Source: Octopus sinensis (taxonomy: Eukaryota). Taken from it: a stretch of 64,000 nt of DNA. Both the position numbers and the translations under genes were made by a program. This document shows, in pieces, positions 51,561 to 63,129 of this stretch. The stretch is taken from NCBI RefSeq assembly GCF_006345805.1, contig NC_042997.1, forward strand, positions 100,502,001-100,566,000, written 5' to 3'. The notes beneath the pieces are model-generated. The model saw nothing but the letters and a program-made list of their open reading frames with translations, made no database searches and had not been told where the DNA came from. Position 1 is the stretch's first letter, and the number at the start of each line of letters is the position of its first letter.

Positions 51561-51776
51561 GCACCAACTTCCTTTTTTGATGTGACACCAATCGGACGTA
51601 TTCTCAACCGGTTTTCATCTGATACATTCTCAGTTGATGATAGCTTGCCATTTGTGTTGAACCTCCTTTTGGCTAATGTTTATAGCCTACTTGGTACATT
51701 AGTAATAATCTGCTATGGTTTGCCATGGTTCTGTGTTCTTCTTGTACCTCTTGGTTTTCTCTATTATTTTATTCAG
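51561..51776 (+). CDS. ABCC10: ABCC10 coding exon 11
   Basis: tattttcag|GCA; APTSFFDVTPIGRILNRFSSD...YYFIQ; donor CAG|GTAAAT. Confidence 0.95.
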
Positions 51777-52087
51777 GTAAATTATTTAAATATTTCTTGG
51801 TATGAATTCAGCTTGTAAGTAAATGTGTGTTAATTCTGTAAAAAAAACTAGCACATTCTTTTAGTGTTTAGTTCTTTTGGATCACCAAAACAACCACAGT
51901 AGAATTATAGTGTTAGATTCAAGCATGGCTCTATGGTTAAGAAGATTGCTTCTCAACCATGTGGTCTCGGGTTCAATCACACTGTGCAACACTTTGGGCA
52001 AGTGTTTTCTGCTTTAGCTCCAGACTAAAACAAATCATTGTGAGTGGATATGTGAAAACTGTATATAAATAGTATATATATATATTG

Positions 52088-52150
<63 letters not shown>

Positions 52151-52164
52151 GTGTGTGTGTGTAA

Positions 52165-52291
52165 GAGCAAAATGCCCCCCTCCCCCGTCCAATGGACAGT
52201 GCTGAGTTGTCAAACATTTAAACCAAATTTTCTCAAAACAACTTGTCTGACCATCCCATAGGCTTCCCCTTTGAGAAACACTGATTTAACC
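52165..52291 (-). mobile_element. Inverted partial copy of the 7870-8225 element
   Basis: gagcaaaatgccc...ccgtccaatggacagtgctgagttgtcaaacatt...gagaaacactgatttaacc. Confidence 0.75.
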
Positions 52292-52683
52292 AGACATCAC
52301 TGATGGTTGTAAATGGCATCTCTGTCATACAAGTGGGGTTGTTTGTTCCATGCCTTGGTTTTTGCGAAGTTACTTCACACCAGGCTGATTTGCATGTATG
52401 CAGAGTTAAGGAAAGGAAGAAATGCTCCAACATGCTTGTCCAAGGACATAAATAATATCAGTAAAATGAAATGATTACGAATATTTATAAATTCTACTGA
52501 TTGGAAGATTAAGTTTTACATTGTAATTGTTAGTTGCATGTCTAAACAAACAAAAATGAAATTTTAAATATATATATTTCTACTATATACTTTTCAAAGT
52601 ATTTTGAGGCGCTAATGAAATCAAATATTTTTTCCTTTGCTACATGTACATATAGCTCTCCATATGTATTTTTCTCTCTTTAG

Positions 52684-52811
52684 CAATATTATCGTTACAC
52701 ATCCCGAGAAATAAAGCGAATTTCCAGTATTACCCAGTCACATATCTATGCTCAGTTCTCAGAAACAGTATCAGGATTATCAGTAATTCGAGCATTCAGA
52801 GAAAGTTTCAG
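52684..52811 (+). CDS. ABCC10: ABCC10 coding exon 12 (not in the ORF track)
   Basis: ctctctttag|CAA; QYYRYTSREIKRISSITQSHIYAQFSETVSGLSVIRAFRESF; donor AG|GTTAGT, phase 2. Confidence 0.94.
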
Positions 52812-53028
52812 GTTAGTTTACAGTCTGCTTACTTGATATACACATATATTATTGATGGTTTAGTTGTTTAGTCCCTCGGTAAGCCCCAAACAAGCATACC
52901 ATGTAGAATGTAAAGCATCCAGCTTTAACCATTCTGCCTTATTTTCAGGAATAATATATCTCAGGCTACAGTGTCTAATGTCCCTTTTCCTGTAGTGGTA
53001 TAAAAATGTACTTTCTTTTTAACATTTA

Positions 53029-53908
53029 TGTGGTCTGATCAATAACTGTCCAGACTGTTGCTATAGTAACGAAGCTAAAGCACTCAGAGTGAAGCCACTT
53101 GGCACAGATTCACCTTGAACTCTGCTGCGCATATGCACTAAGTTTTAGTGTTCTAGCTCACTTCTGCTGTTTACAGCAGTGCTTAAAAAGCAGGTGTGTA
53201 GCGTGTGTTGTTACATTCAACATGACAGAGAAAGTTGAGCGGAGAGTCTACATCAAACTTTGCCAAAAGCTTGGTGGTACTTGCTCAGAGGCCTACACAA
53301 AGTTTTCATCGTTCTCAACACAATCAAGTAGATCTTGTGCAACTGAAACCTGTTTGTGATTTTGGTCAGCTGAAAGCAGTTTTGGCACAAAACTGGCAGA
53401 AATCTTATACCCAAGTCTTCAGTGATAATGGTCTGAAATGAACCATAACTAATCTGCACATCCTCTGATAACTAACGGATGGCAATTTGATGATTTTTCC
53501 CTCACTGCTGCCCACACATCTGTGATGTTTTTCTCAGTTCTGCTGGTTGCAGGTCTCTCAGAATCTTTGTCAATATCGACATTTGTTTGGCCATCTTGAA
53601 TATGTCTGACTCACTTGTACACTTGTGTGAAGCTCATACACTCCTCTCCATACACTTTCCACAACTTTGTGTAGGCCTCTGAGCAGGTATCGCCATGACA
53701 ACTTTCTCTATCATAGTCAATGTGAAGATCACACACTACACACCTTCCTTCCAAGCACTGTTGTAAACAGCGGAAATGAGCTAGAATGTTAAAACTTACT
53801 GTTCATGCACAGCAGTGTTCAAGATCAATCTTTGCCTAGCAGCTTCACTCTGTGTGCTTTAGCTTTGTTACTATGGCAACAGTCCAGCTACTTATTGATC
53901 AGATTGCA
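53029..53908. mobile_element. Mariner-derived fold-back element (two transposon 5' ends fused in opposite orientation), TA-flanked, in intron 12
   Basis: TA|TGTGGTCTGATCAATA...TATTGATCAGATTGCA|TA; + arm encodes MTEKVERRVYIKLCQKLG; - arm encodes the mariner N-terminus (VQISYGSFQTIITEDLG, FVPKLLSADQ). Confidence 0.85.
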
Positions 53909-54484
53909 TATATATTTTATATACTCATTATTCACTTATATGAAGGAAGGTTGTAAAACTATATATTTGTATAGATTTGAGACAACATATTGGCAACATT
54001 TACTTTCATCCTAAATTTTCTTTTAATTTTGTAATATCTGACTTTTTATTTTACATATGCAAATGCCAGGGTTTATATTTTACATATATAGAATTACTTT
54101 AATTGAGATTGAAGCAAGTAATATTTTATGGAAGTCAGATATAGACAATAAAAGCTAAACTCTAGCTTCAACAGGAAAGTAACTGATTCAGTATATATAA
54201 TTTGTTGGATATGCTGTGGGAAATTAACAAGTTAAGTGTGAAGAATCTGAAAAAGTGCCTAAATATTAAAGGCACTGGACAAAGGAAGGGAGCATATACC
54301 CACACATGCCCAATATGGACGTGAAATATGAATGGGTGACATGTTTGGTGAAAACCTTTAAAGAAACAGAAGCAGCATTGGGTAAAGAGAGGCACACAAA
54401 AATTTACTTTAAAATTTGTGAGAAATGATCAGCTTAAACAAATACAAATACCATAGTTTTATATTTGCATATATGTCATTCCAG

Positions 54485-54654
54485 ATTCCAAGAAGATAAT
54501 TTATGTAAACTTGATGATAACCAAAGAGCGCAGTTTGCTGACATGACCGTTTCTTGCTGGCTAGACTTTAGATTACAAATGATAGGTGTAGCTATTATTT
54601 CTGGTGTAGCTATCATTGCTGTTATTGAGCATCATTTTCAAACTTCTAATGTGG
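54485..54654 (+). CDS. ABCC10: ABCC10 coding exon 13
   Basis: cattccag|A; FQEDNLCKLDDNQRAQF...WLDFRLQMIG...TSNV; donor G|GTAAGT, phase 1. Confidence 0.93.
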
Positions 54655-55624
54655 GTAAGTATTGACAATTGTTTCTTCCATAAAACTGTATAATTATTAT
54701 TGTCTTACTTTGAACTGCACTTAAAAAAAATCAAATGTTTTGACAATAAGTTTATCTACTTAGAAAAATAATGACCCACACTGTACATTACAATAGTTTG
54801 TTTATTTGTAATTTCATCCAATACTTTATAAGTAATTTACCTAATTAAAATTACTTATACATGATATAGTGTATATTGTCATAAACATTAATACCAATGA
54901 TGCTGCTGCCATGTAAAAAGCACTGGTGCTGTGGCCTCCTAAGAAGCACCCAATATTCACTGTAAAATGGTTGGCATTAAGAAAGGCATCCAGCTGTAAA
55001 AAGCAAGCCAGTTTTTGTCAAGCCATCCAACACATACCAGCATGGAAAAAAGACATTACATGTTGATGATAATTGATGATTATAATATAATGTATATTAT
55101 GATATACATTATATGTATATTATATAATATGCATATATATAATATATGCTGTGCAAAAAGAGAAAATTGATTACTTGTTGCAATGGATTTTAACTCTGGA
55201 TATATAAGTCATTAGTAAAATGTTGTGGTTTACTTGAAGCAGTATTTCAATAGTGAAAAATACGAAGAAATAAAAATCCCTTAGTAATGCAAATTTAGGG
55301 AAAAATGAATTCATTTAGTTTTCCAATTTTAGCAATTTCTAATCATGAACTGAAAAATTTGAAATGAGAAATAGCCTGTATGCAAAATCAAAACTGTTAT
55401 TGCATATGCAGGTTATATAGGCCAGTTTATTTGAATCATACAATGGTTTTCTCAATGTCAAGCAGCTTGTAATGCATGTTAATCTGTGGTTACCAACACC
55501 TGGTAAGTAATACTTCTTTAATATGTAATCCACTGATATACCTATAAAAAATTTGCAAAGAAAATCTAAGTTATAAATCATGGCTGTTTGTAGGTGTTTG
55601 TAGACAAGGCTGTCATATTCATCT

Positions 55625-56055
55625 ATTCTCAAATAAGTACATGCAACAGACAGGGGCAACCTGTCTTAAATTCCTCTATGATGAACAAGAGGAGGTGGAG
55701 GACCGATCCTTGACGAACCTCTACTTGTACCCTGAATTCTTTGCTGTATTCGTTCCCAACCCTCACCTTACTGGTAGCGTCCCTGTACATGGCTTGTACA
55801 GCTCTCACCAACCCCTCGTCTATCCTTAGTTTCTGCATTGACCACCAGATAAGGGATCGAGGACCCTGTCAAAAGCTTTCTCCAAGTCAACAAAAGCCAA
55901 GTACAGAGGTTTATCTTTGGCTATGTATTTCTCCTGCAGCTGCCTTACCAGAATTATAGCATCAGTGGTGCTTCTCCCTGGCACAAATCCAAACTACATC
56001 TCATCTAGACCAACTCTCTCCCTAATTAATTGGGCTATGACTCTCTCTGTAACTT
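55625..56055 (-). mobile_element. RTE RT fragment (intron 13)
   Basis: MQKLRIDEGLVRAVQAMYRDATSKVRVGNEYSKEFRVQVEVRQGSVL. Confidence 0.9.
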
Positions 56056-57944
56056 TCATCATTTATTGTTTATAATATGTGGTGTTGTACAGCTGGCTAC
56101 ATTACTAGATAATCTACTATTATCCAAGATATTAGCTTTTTTATAGTAAATTGTATATGAAAGAAATTTATTTAAAATAAAAGATAATTTATATTATCTA
56201 TTAAATTATCTATGAATAATAATATGGAAATAATGATAGATAACTGGAAAAGTTTATCATATCTTTTAATATTCTTACCACCAACATTGCTGGCCATCTG
56301 ACATTTGAATTATTTATCAGCTGATAAGTTAGAAGTGATAAAGTATGACATTGAACATGGTAACAGAGCAGCTGTGAGCATATCAATGTGAATGAGCAAA
56401 ACATCAGATTGCAGAGGAAAGCTCAAGATAAACTTGAATTAATATCAATATCCAAAACAAGAAATACTGCCATCTTTTGAACTTATTGAAATATGTAAAC
56501 AGCAGAAAGATGACTGACATTGGTTTATTGACTATCATCATTAAAATGTATGCCAGAGCTGTTTACAGGTAAATCCACCTGCTTGAACTAAAGTGATCAT
56601 GTGGGTGGGAAAAAAAACTTGGTAGTCTATGTAATATACTATGTAATATACACATTTCTAAATTTAAATATGGTTTCGATGAAAAAGCGTGTATTATACA
56701 TGGAATTTGATAGTATCATCTTTATGTTTGCTTTCCATGTTAGCATATGTTGGAAGAGCTATCTTGATTTGAGTCGTTTCTTATTTGTAGTTCCTGCCTT
56801 CCTAGTTTGGTTGCAGGACTATGTCTTGATCAAAATGTTCCTGTTTTCAACATTTCTACGTTTGGCTATGCCTCCAAACATTAGTCACTTTACAGAGTAT
56901 ACAGCATTCACTTTTTCATGGCTAGTCTGTCATATCTTCTACTAGTCTAAAAAAAATGCTCTCAACCCTACATTGTTCGTTTTTTCATGTGTTAATCACT
57001 TTAAGGAGTGTATTAAGTGCATTTTTTTAATCATAACAAAAGCACTATTGATGTTGCCTTGTGCACTACATTCTGTATTGTGTACTTGTTTCGGAAGTAC
57101 ATATACTAACATTAGAACAATACAGAAAAGATTATTCTGTGGTGTCTCTGTCTGCCCAGAGCAATATGACCTAAAAAGTGAACGGATGAGAAAGAGAGTA
57201 TGGTGAGGGAAACAATGACTGGGGTGAGTTGATGGTGGAGGCGGGTGTGAGTGAAGAGCCTTGGTAATGGAGCAAGATGGATATTGAGAGGCATTAGAAA
57301 GCTTATATCCCAAACTAACCATTTGCAAAAGATTGTAACCAGGTGAAAGCAGTGACTACAACCCACTGATCCACTAACCTAAACAGGAAAAACCTTGGAC
57401 TCTATTAATGATAGAGACAGTGCTAAAAATCACTAAAGGGTCATCACTAAAGAGTTCTACTGCTGTTTGATGGCTAACATGACCTAAACACACACTCTCT
57501 CCATCTCTCCCTCTCTCTTACACACACACACATGCACACATATTCTCTCACACTCTCTCAGCTGTATACAATGACAGTTCTCAAAATTTATGTATTCATT
57601 TTGTTTTATAGGTTTCATATTGCTTATCTTTCACTTTTGATCAGATATAAAAATATCCAGTAACTTTAGAATTGTGTATTTATATGTGATTTAATACTAC
57701 TGGAGATACAATTTTTCTAAGATAGAGATCATCAACAAAACATTTCTTGCTTATAATTAGTGTCAAAGTTACTGAAGCTGTTTTTATTATTACTGAGTTG
57801 CTTTACAATGCATTTACCATTTGACTTACTTTATTTCTAATTAGTAAAATAAAATATGAGACATGAGTATTAAGTATTCTTTTTGTAATTTGAAATTATT
57901 ACTGTTGTTATGTCTTCAACAGACAATCATACTATCTTTTGCAG

Positions 57945-58105
57945 TTCTAGTTGGATTAGCCCTAACTTATGCCCTGTCCATCACACAGCTTCTCAATGGT
58001 GTTGTTAAATTTTTCACTGAGACTGAAAAAATGATGGTTAGTGTAGAACGAGCACAACAATATATTGAGAGAATCCCTCATGAACGAGAAATTGGTCTCA
58101 ATATG
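57945..58105 (+). CDS. ABCC10: ABCC10 coding exon 14
   Basis: cttttgcag|TT; VLVGLALTYAL...TETEKMMVSVER...GLNM; donor ATG|GTAAAT; an alternative in-frame AG lies 6 nt downstream. Confidence 0.9.
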
Positions 58106-58193
58106 GTAAATACTGCATGCTTTCAGATACTTTCTTTTCAATGATATTGTCTTAAGAAATAGTTTTATTTTACCACTTGGTTCAAATGTTTAA

Positions 58194-58413
58194 CCCTTTA
58201 GCATTCAGATTATTCTGTCAAATGTAATGCTTATTTATTTACATTCTTTTGAATTGATTATGCATTATCTTGTATCTCTGAGATTTCAATGATGTGATTC
58301 TTTGTTTTTAAACTGACATTGTAGGGTAGATGCAAGAGGCCAGATCTGGCCAGTTTAAACATAAAGCAGGTAGAATATTTGCACCTGATATGGTTGGTTG
58401 AAATGTTAAAGGG
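58194..58413 (+). mobile_element. piggyBac-like MITE (intron 14)
   Basis: TTAA|CCCTTTAGCATT...AATGTTAAAGGG|TTAA. Confidence 0.78.
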
Positions 58414-58444
58414 TTAAAAAGATTTAATGACCAGTCATTTGACT

Positions 58445-58702
58445 GTGTTTCTCAACTGTTTTTTTTTTTACCTACAGACCCCTTTGATTCCTATTTTTCT
58501 CGGATGGACCATCATAGCCATTTGCTGTTTAAAAAACTCTATTATATTTTTGTAATTAAATATTATTTGGAATTGTATTAAAAAAATTGTGAAAATATTT
58601 TGAGTGTTGTAGAAGTATAACTAATTTGTTGCAGATAAATTTTGACAATAAAATCTTATAAGGACTGCCAAGAGCCATGTGGACCCTGGTTGAGAACCAC
58701 TG
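58445..58702. mobile_element. hAT-like MITE (intron 14)
   Basis: Ends (ca)GTGTTTCTCAAC and GTTGAGAACCACTG; flanks ATTTGACT and ATTTAACT match at 7 of 8 positions, consistent with an 8-bp TSD. Confidence 0.6.
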
Positions 58703-59063
58703 ATTTAACTAAACTGTATTTATATATATGAGACGTATGTTCCTCATCATCATCATTTAGCATCCTCTTTCCATGTTGGCATGGGTTGGACAATTTGACA
58801 TGGAGCTGGCCAGACTCCAACTATGTGTTGTGATATAGTTTCTATGGCTGGATGCCCTTCCTAATGCCACCCACTTCAAAGAGTGTGTTGGGTCCATTTT
58901 ATGTGCCACTGGCATATGTGCATTTACATATCAACAGCACAGGTGCATTAATGCCGCACCAGCACCTGAAGGACAAGCTTGTGTGTGTGGAAGACACAGT
59001 TTGAAAACATTTTAAAAACATAGTGACTTTAAATGAAATTAGTTTTATCTTTTTATTTTTCAG

Positions 59064-59317
59064 CCTGCTTCATCTTGGCCACAAAAAGGTTGCATTGTTT
59101 TTCGGCGTGTACAATTGCAATATAGACCAGGGTTACCAAATGCTTTAGTAGATGTCTCTTTTGAAACTCGAGCTGGTGAAAAAATCGGTATTGTTGGCCG
59201 AACAGGTTCTGGAAAATCTAGTCTGTTCTTAGCCATTTTCCGCATGGTAGAATTAAAAAAAGGAGAAATACTGGTTGATGGTATTAATGTAGCTAGTGTT
59301 GATTTAACTGTACTTAG
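59064..59317 (+). CDS. ABCC10: ABCC10 coding exon 15 (NBD2 Walker A)
   Basis: ttatttttcag|CCT; PASSWPQKG...YRPGLPNAL...GIVGRTGSGKSSL...DLTVL; donor AG|GTAAGT, phase 2. Confidence 0.95.
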
Positions 59318-59451
59318 GTAAGTACAACATTTTTTGGTTCAAATTTATTGTAAGTTGGTAGCATAAAATCAACATAAGAGATGGAGCTTACCACCCACTT
59401 TGTGTTGCATTCCTAAGCAGTCTGACTCTTAGGCTGAAGAATACCAGATGT

Positions 59452-59589
59452 GGCTCTATGTTGCTTCTCAACATGGTTCTGGGTTTAGTCCCACTGCATG
59501 GCAGCTTGGGAAAGTGTTTTCTGCTATAGCCTCAGGCCAGCCAAAGCCTTGTGAGTGGATTTCGTAGATGGAAACTGAAAGAAGCCTAT

Positions 59590-59625
<36 letters not shown>

Positions 59626-59855
59626 AGTGTGTGTCTTTGTGTCTGTGTTTCTCCACCACCACCACTTGGCAGCCGGTGTTGGTGTGTTTACATCCCTCTA
59701 ACTTAGTGGTTCAGTAAAAACGACTGATAGAATAAGCACCAGACTTAACCAAAAAAATAAGTATTGGGGGTCAATTCATTTGGTTAAAAATTCTTCAAGT
59801 TGGTGTCCTAGCATGACCACTGTCTAATGACTGAAACAAGTAATAGATAAAAGAT
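59452..59855 (+). mobile_element. Family A SINE with microsatellite and tail (intron 15)
   Basis: Homology to 41765-42165. Confidence 0.8.
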
Positions 59856-60279
59856 AAGGAATGTTGAGATTGCATCACTAATTAATTATAATTTTTAAAG
59901 AGTGTCAGTGCATAAAGTGTTGGACTATTAGATGGGTCAAAGCTACTGTAGGTATTTTCTTATGTATATAGGCAGCACAATGGATTCTACATAATTCTGA
60001 TCAAGATGAAGAAGCAAAATGGGTACCAAGTGATGTAGGATGTTATCTGCAAAATTCTGGTGTTATATCCAGAAAGAGATTTTGTCTTTTCAAAAAATCC
60101 TCTGAGAAATAAGTAAAATGTCTTGTTGATTTCAGTATGTCTCCTATTTCAAATTCAAATTTTTTGATAAGGTTGACTATGCTTTACATCCTTTAGAAGT
60201 TGACAGAATATATATTAGTCAATTACCGGGTCAAGTTAATCAAGTTCCCACCTCTCCAAACAACTGGCCTTGTGTTTAA

Positions 60280-60462
60280 CCCTTTTAATGCCAACCAGCC
60301 TGGGACTGCTCTTGGTTCAATGACACACATTCCCTGCATTAAAGAGATCTTAAAATTTATTGAAATTTCATGTTTATCTATGTTCCAAATACTAGTTTAA
60401 TAACGACCAAGTTATTTCACTTAATTTGTCATTATTTCAAAAATTAATCAAAACAAGAAGGG
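60280..60462. mobile_element. Second piggyBac-like MITE type (intron 15)
   Basis: TTAA|CCCTTTT...AGAAGGG|TTAA; interior differs from the 58194 family. Confidence 0.55.
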
Positions 60463-60881
60463 TTAAATTAGAAATCCTTATTATTCATGTGTGTGTGTTT
60501 TCTAAATTGGTTTCTAACATCATACGCTATCATAATTCTAAATAGTTATAAAATGTATGACTAAATTTGGAAGCATATCTAAGCTTTAATTAAAGAAATT
60601 ATCATGTTCCTAACTAGTGATGCAATGATATTTTGAATCAATAACAAGATCATAATTTATTACTAAAATTTATTTCTTCTTATTAGGATCAGAGAATTAT
60701 CCAATAGAATTTTCTAATAGATTAATCTTATATAATAGCAATGATGATTATAAAGCATAAAGAAATTGAAAAACAGGTTATAATGATTGTGTTCTCTTGC
60801 TCTTTTGAATTATAAAGTATATATATATTTATATTTGTTTAATATCAATCATTTTGTAAAGACAGGGTTAATCAATTTCAG

Positions 60882-61128
60882 GTCACGGCTTGCTATTATT
60901 CCTCAAGACCCCTTCCTTTTTGAGGGATCTGTTCGTGAGAATCTTGATCCATGTGGTATCTGTGATAATGATGATGAACTCCTGCAAGCATTAGAGCGGT
61001 GTTACTTGAGGGAAACTGTTGAAAAGCTTGGTGGTTTGGATTTTAAAGTTATTGAGCATGGTCGCAACTTTTCAGTTGGTCAGCGTCAATTATTTTGCCT
61101 TGCTCGGGCATTGTTAAGTAAATCTAAG
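60882..61128 (+). CDS. ABCC10: ABCC10 coding exon 16 (NBD2 Q-loop and signature)
   Basis: caatttcag|G; [23 protein letters not shown]...[21 protein letters not shown]; donor AAG|GTAAAT. Confidence 0.95.
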
Positions 61129-61554
61129 GTAAATACACTTTAATTATTAAAACAATTATTAGTATCTGCTTATATTTCAATTTCATTCTAAAAATTAGAC
61201 TTGAAGAAAAATTCAATATTAGTTATTTTGAAAACTGTTTTCTTTCTCATATGCCATATTAATCTCCAAATACACACTGTTGTTATTTTATTAATTTGTT
61301 TAAATGAAGCATTTTCTTCTTTATTCTAAAATTTAATAATTGTGTTTAAAAAATAGTTTTAATTTTATACATTCTTGTTCACATATTTTTATCTATTACA
61401 ACGCATTCTATTTTAATTCTGTTAGATACCTAATAAGTTATGAATTTTATTAATTAAAATCTCTTGACTTTGGAAATAGTTTAGAGTCACAATATTGCAT
61501 AAAAAATTCTGTCAGTCTTTTACTAATATGAAATCAATATTTGTCTTATTTCAG

Positions 61555-61800
61555 ATCCTCTGTATTGATGAAGCAACTGCCAATGTTGACCACCAAACAG
61601 ATCATCTGATACAACAGACAATTCGATCAGAATTTGTCAATACTACCGTGATGACTATTGCACATCGCATTAACACTATTATGGACAGTGATAGTATTTT
61701 GGTTATGGATAACGGCCGGGTTGCAGAATTTGCACCACCATCTACTCTCCGTAACGATCCAGAATCGCTATTCTACAGACTTGTCCATACTGATCGGTAG
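61555..61800 (+). CDS. ABCC10: ABCC10 coding exon 17 (NBD2 Walker B to stop)
   Basis: cttatttcag|ATC; [12 protein letters not shown]...[13 protein letters not shown]...VHTDR, stop TAG 61798-61800. Confidence 0.95.
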   Translation: MLCIDEATANVDHQTDHLIQQTIRSEFVNTTVMTIAHRINTIMDSDSILVMDNGRVAEFAPPSTLRNDPESLFYRLVHTDR

Positions 61801-62169
61801 TTGATTAAAATTCTTGTGTACCAAATTTGTATTTATCTAACAGAACTTGTACCATTATTTTTTATCTGGCTTTCGGCTTTCTTTACCTTTACTTTCCTTT
61901 TACTAAAATTTTCTTTTGTACATTTTAAAATCTAATTGCAAAATAATTGTGATATCCCAGTTTTTATTTTGTATGCATTTTTAAATGTTTCATTGTCTTG
62001 GCTAGCATTCTTGTATTATTACGAGTATTTTAGCTATGAAGTGTTTTTATGTTTGTCATTTTTTTAAGTGTAAACTTCAGACTTTTATTGTAAAGAAAAC
62101 TACATTCCAGAAAGAGCAAATTATTTTATTACCCTCGACATATCTGCAGATTCTTTCAAAACTTGTGAA

Positions 62170-62175
62170 AATAAA
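62170..62175 (+). terminator. Candidate ABCC10 poly(A) signal AATAAA
   Basis: About 370 nt after the stop codon, followed by a U/GU-rich tract (ttcttttaattagttgggttttttttgtt). Confidence 0.45.
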
Positions 62176-62623
62176 TTCTTTTAATTAGTTGGGTTTTTTT
62201 TGTTAAAATTAGCAACAGCCTTTGAAGATTGAAGGTTTTCTTTTTGTTTTGTTAAGTACACAACATTATATTTATTTTTAAAGAATTTGTGTGGATTAGC
62301 AGTAAGTATTTGACTGATTCTCTGCTGCTGCTAATGATAATGTATGTTCTGAGTCTAATTTTATGGTTAAACTATTTGACTAAAAAAAAAAAAAATGCTT
62401 GGGAAGCTGTCAAAAACATTTATTTCAGTTAATGAAATAATTAAGCACCAGAAATGCTTCATCCTATTCAGAAAGTGCAAGAGTTACTAAGAGATATTGT
62501 AAGCTCTTCTTCTGATAATTAAACCATCACAATGTCAGAAGCTTTTTTGTATCAGTCATAAGCATCTCATTCCTTAGCCTGTATGCTTTCTCTGAATTAG
62601 TGTTTGCTTGTAGAAGGGTTCCA

Positions 62624-62970
62624 TCAGCAGTCTCTTGTCAACCATAGCCACTTCGAGCTGGTTTCAGCTGCCATACTGATCTCCTTCATGGTCATTTTTA
62701 GTTGAGCTCCAAACCTATCTTTTGCAGGAAATAGTAAACCATGTTGTTGGAAAGCAGCAGTAGCTGACTTCAATAAGGAATGAGGCTGTGCATCATCAAA
62801 TTCCTGATATTTGGCTTTCTTCAGTTGGTGAGAAATATCAAGTGTCATCCCAGGGCACTGCTAGATCAGCTATGATGATTGTATTTGCTTTCTTGGAAAG
62901 CAAGAACATGTCTGGCCAGAGCAATGTTACTGCCACCTTCTCTGGAAGACCAGCCTACTCTTCAGATCTA
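62624..62970 (-). mobile_element. C-terminal restriction-like endonuclease fragment of a HERO/R2-group non-LTR retrotransposon
   Basis: Across frameshifts: DLKSRLVF / PEKVAVTLLWPDMFLLSKKANTIIIADLAVPWD / HQLKKAKYQEF ... AAETSSKWLWLTR. Confidence 0.7.
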
Positions 62971-63129
62971 TTTGCACCTCCTAGTCTGGAGCTTGATACA
63001 AAATAGTGTATTAAGTCTTTTGAAAAACAATCATAACGATCTACTATAGAATATTACAAGTTTAATTTTTAAGCATTTACAGTTAGCTACCCTTTCTATT
63101 ACTATCAAACAAGCAGAGAACCTAAAGTA

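Noticed and set aside
56601-57366. ORFs in intron 13
   Set aside because: No ABC motifs and no phase-compatible splice sites; low-complexity or LINE-derived sequence.
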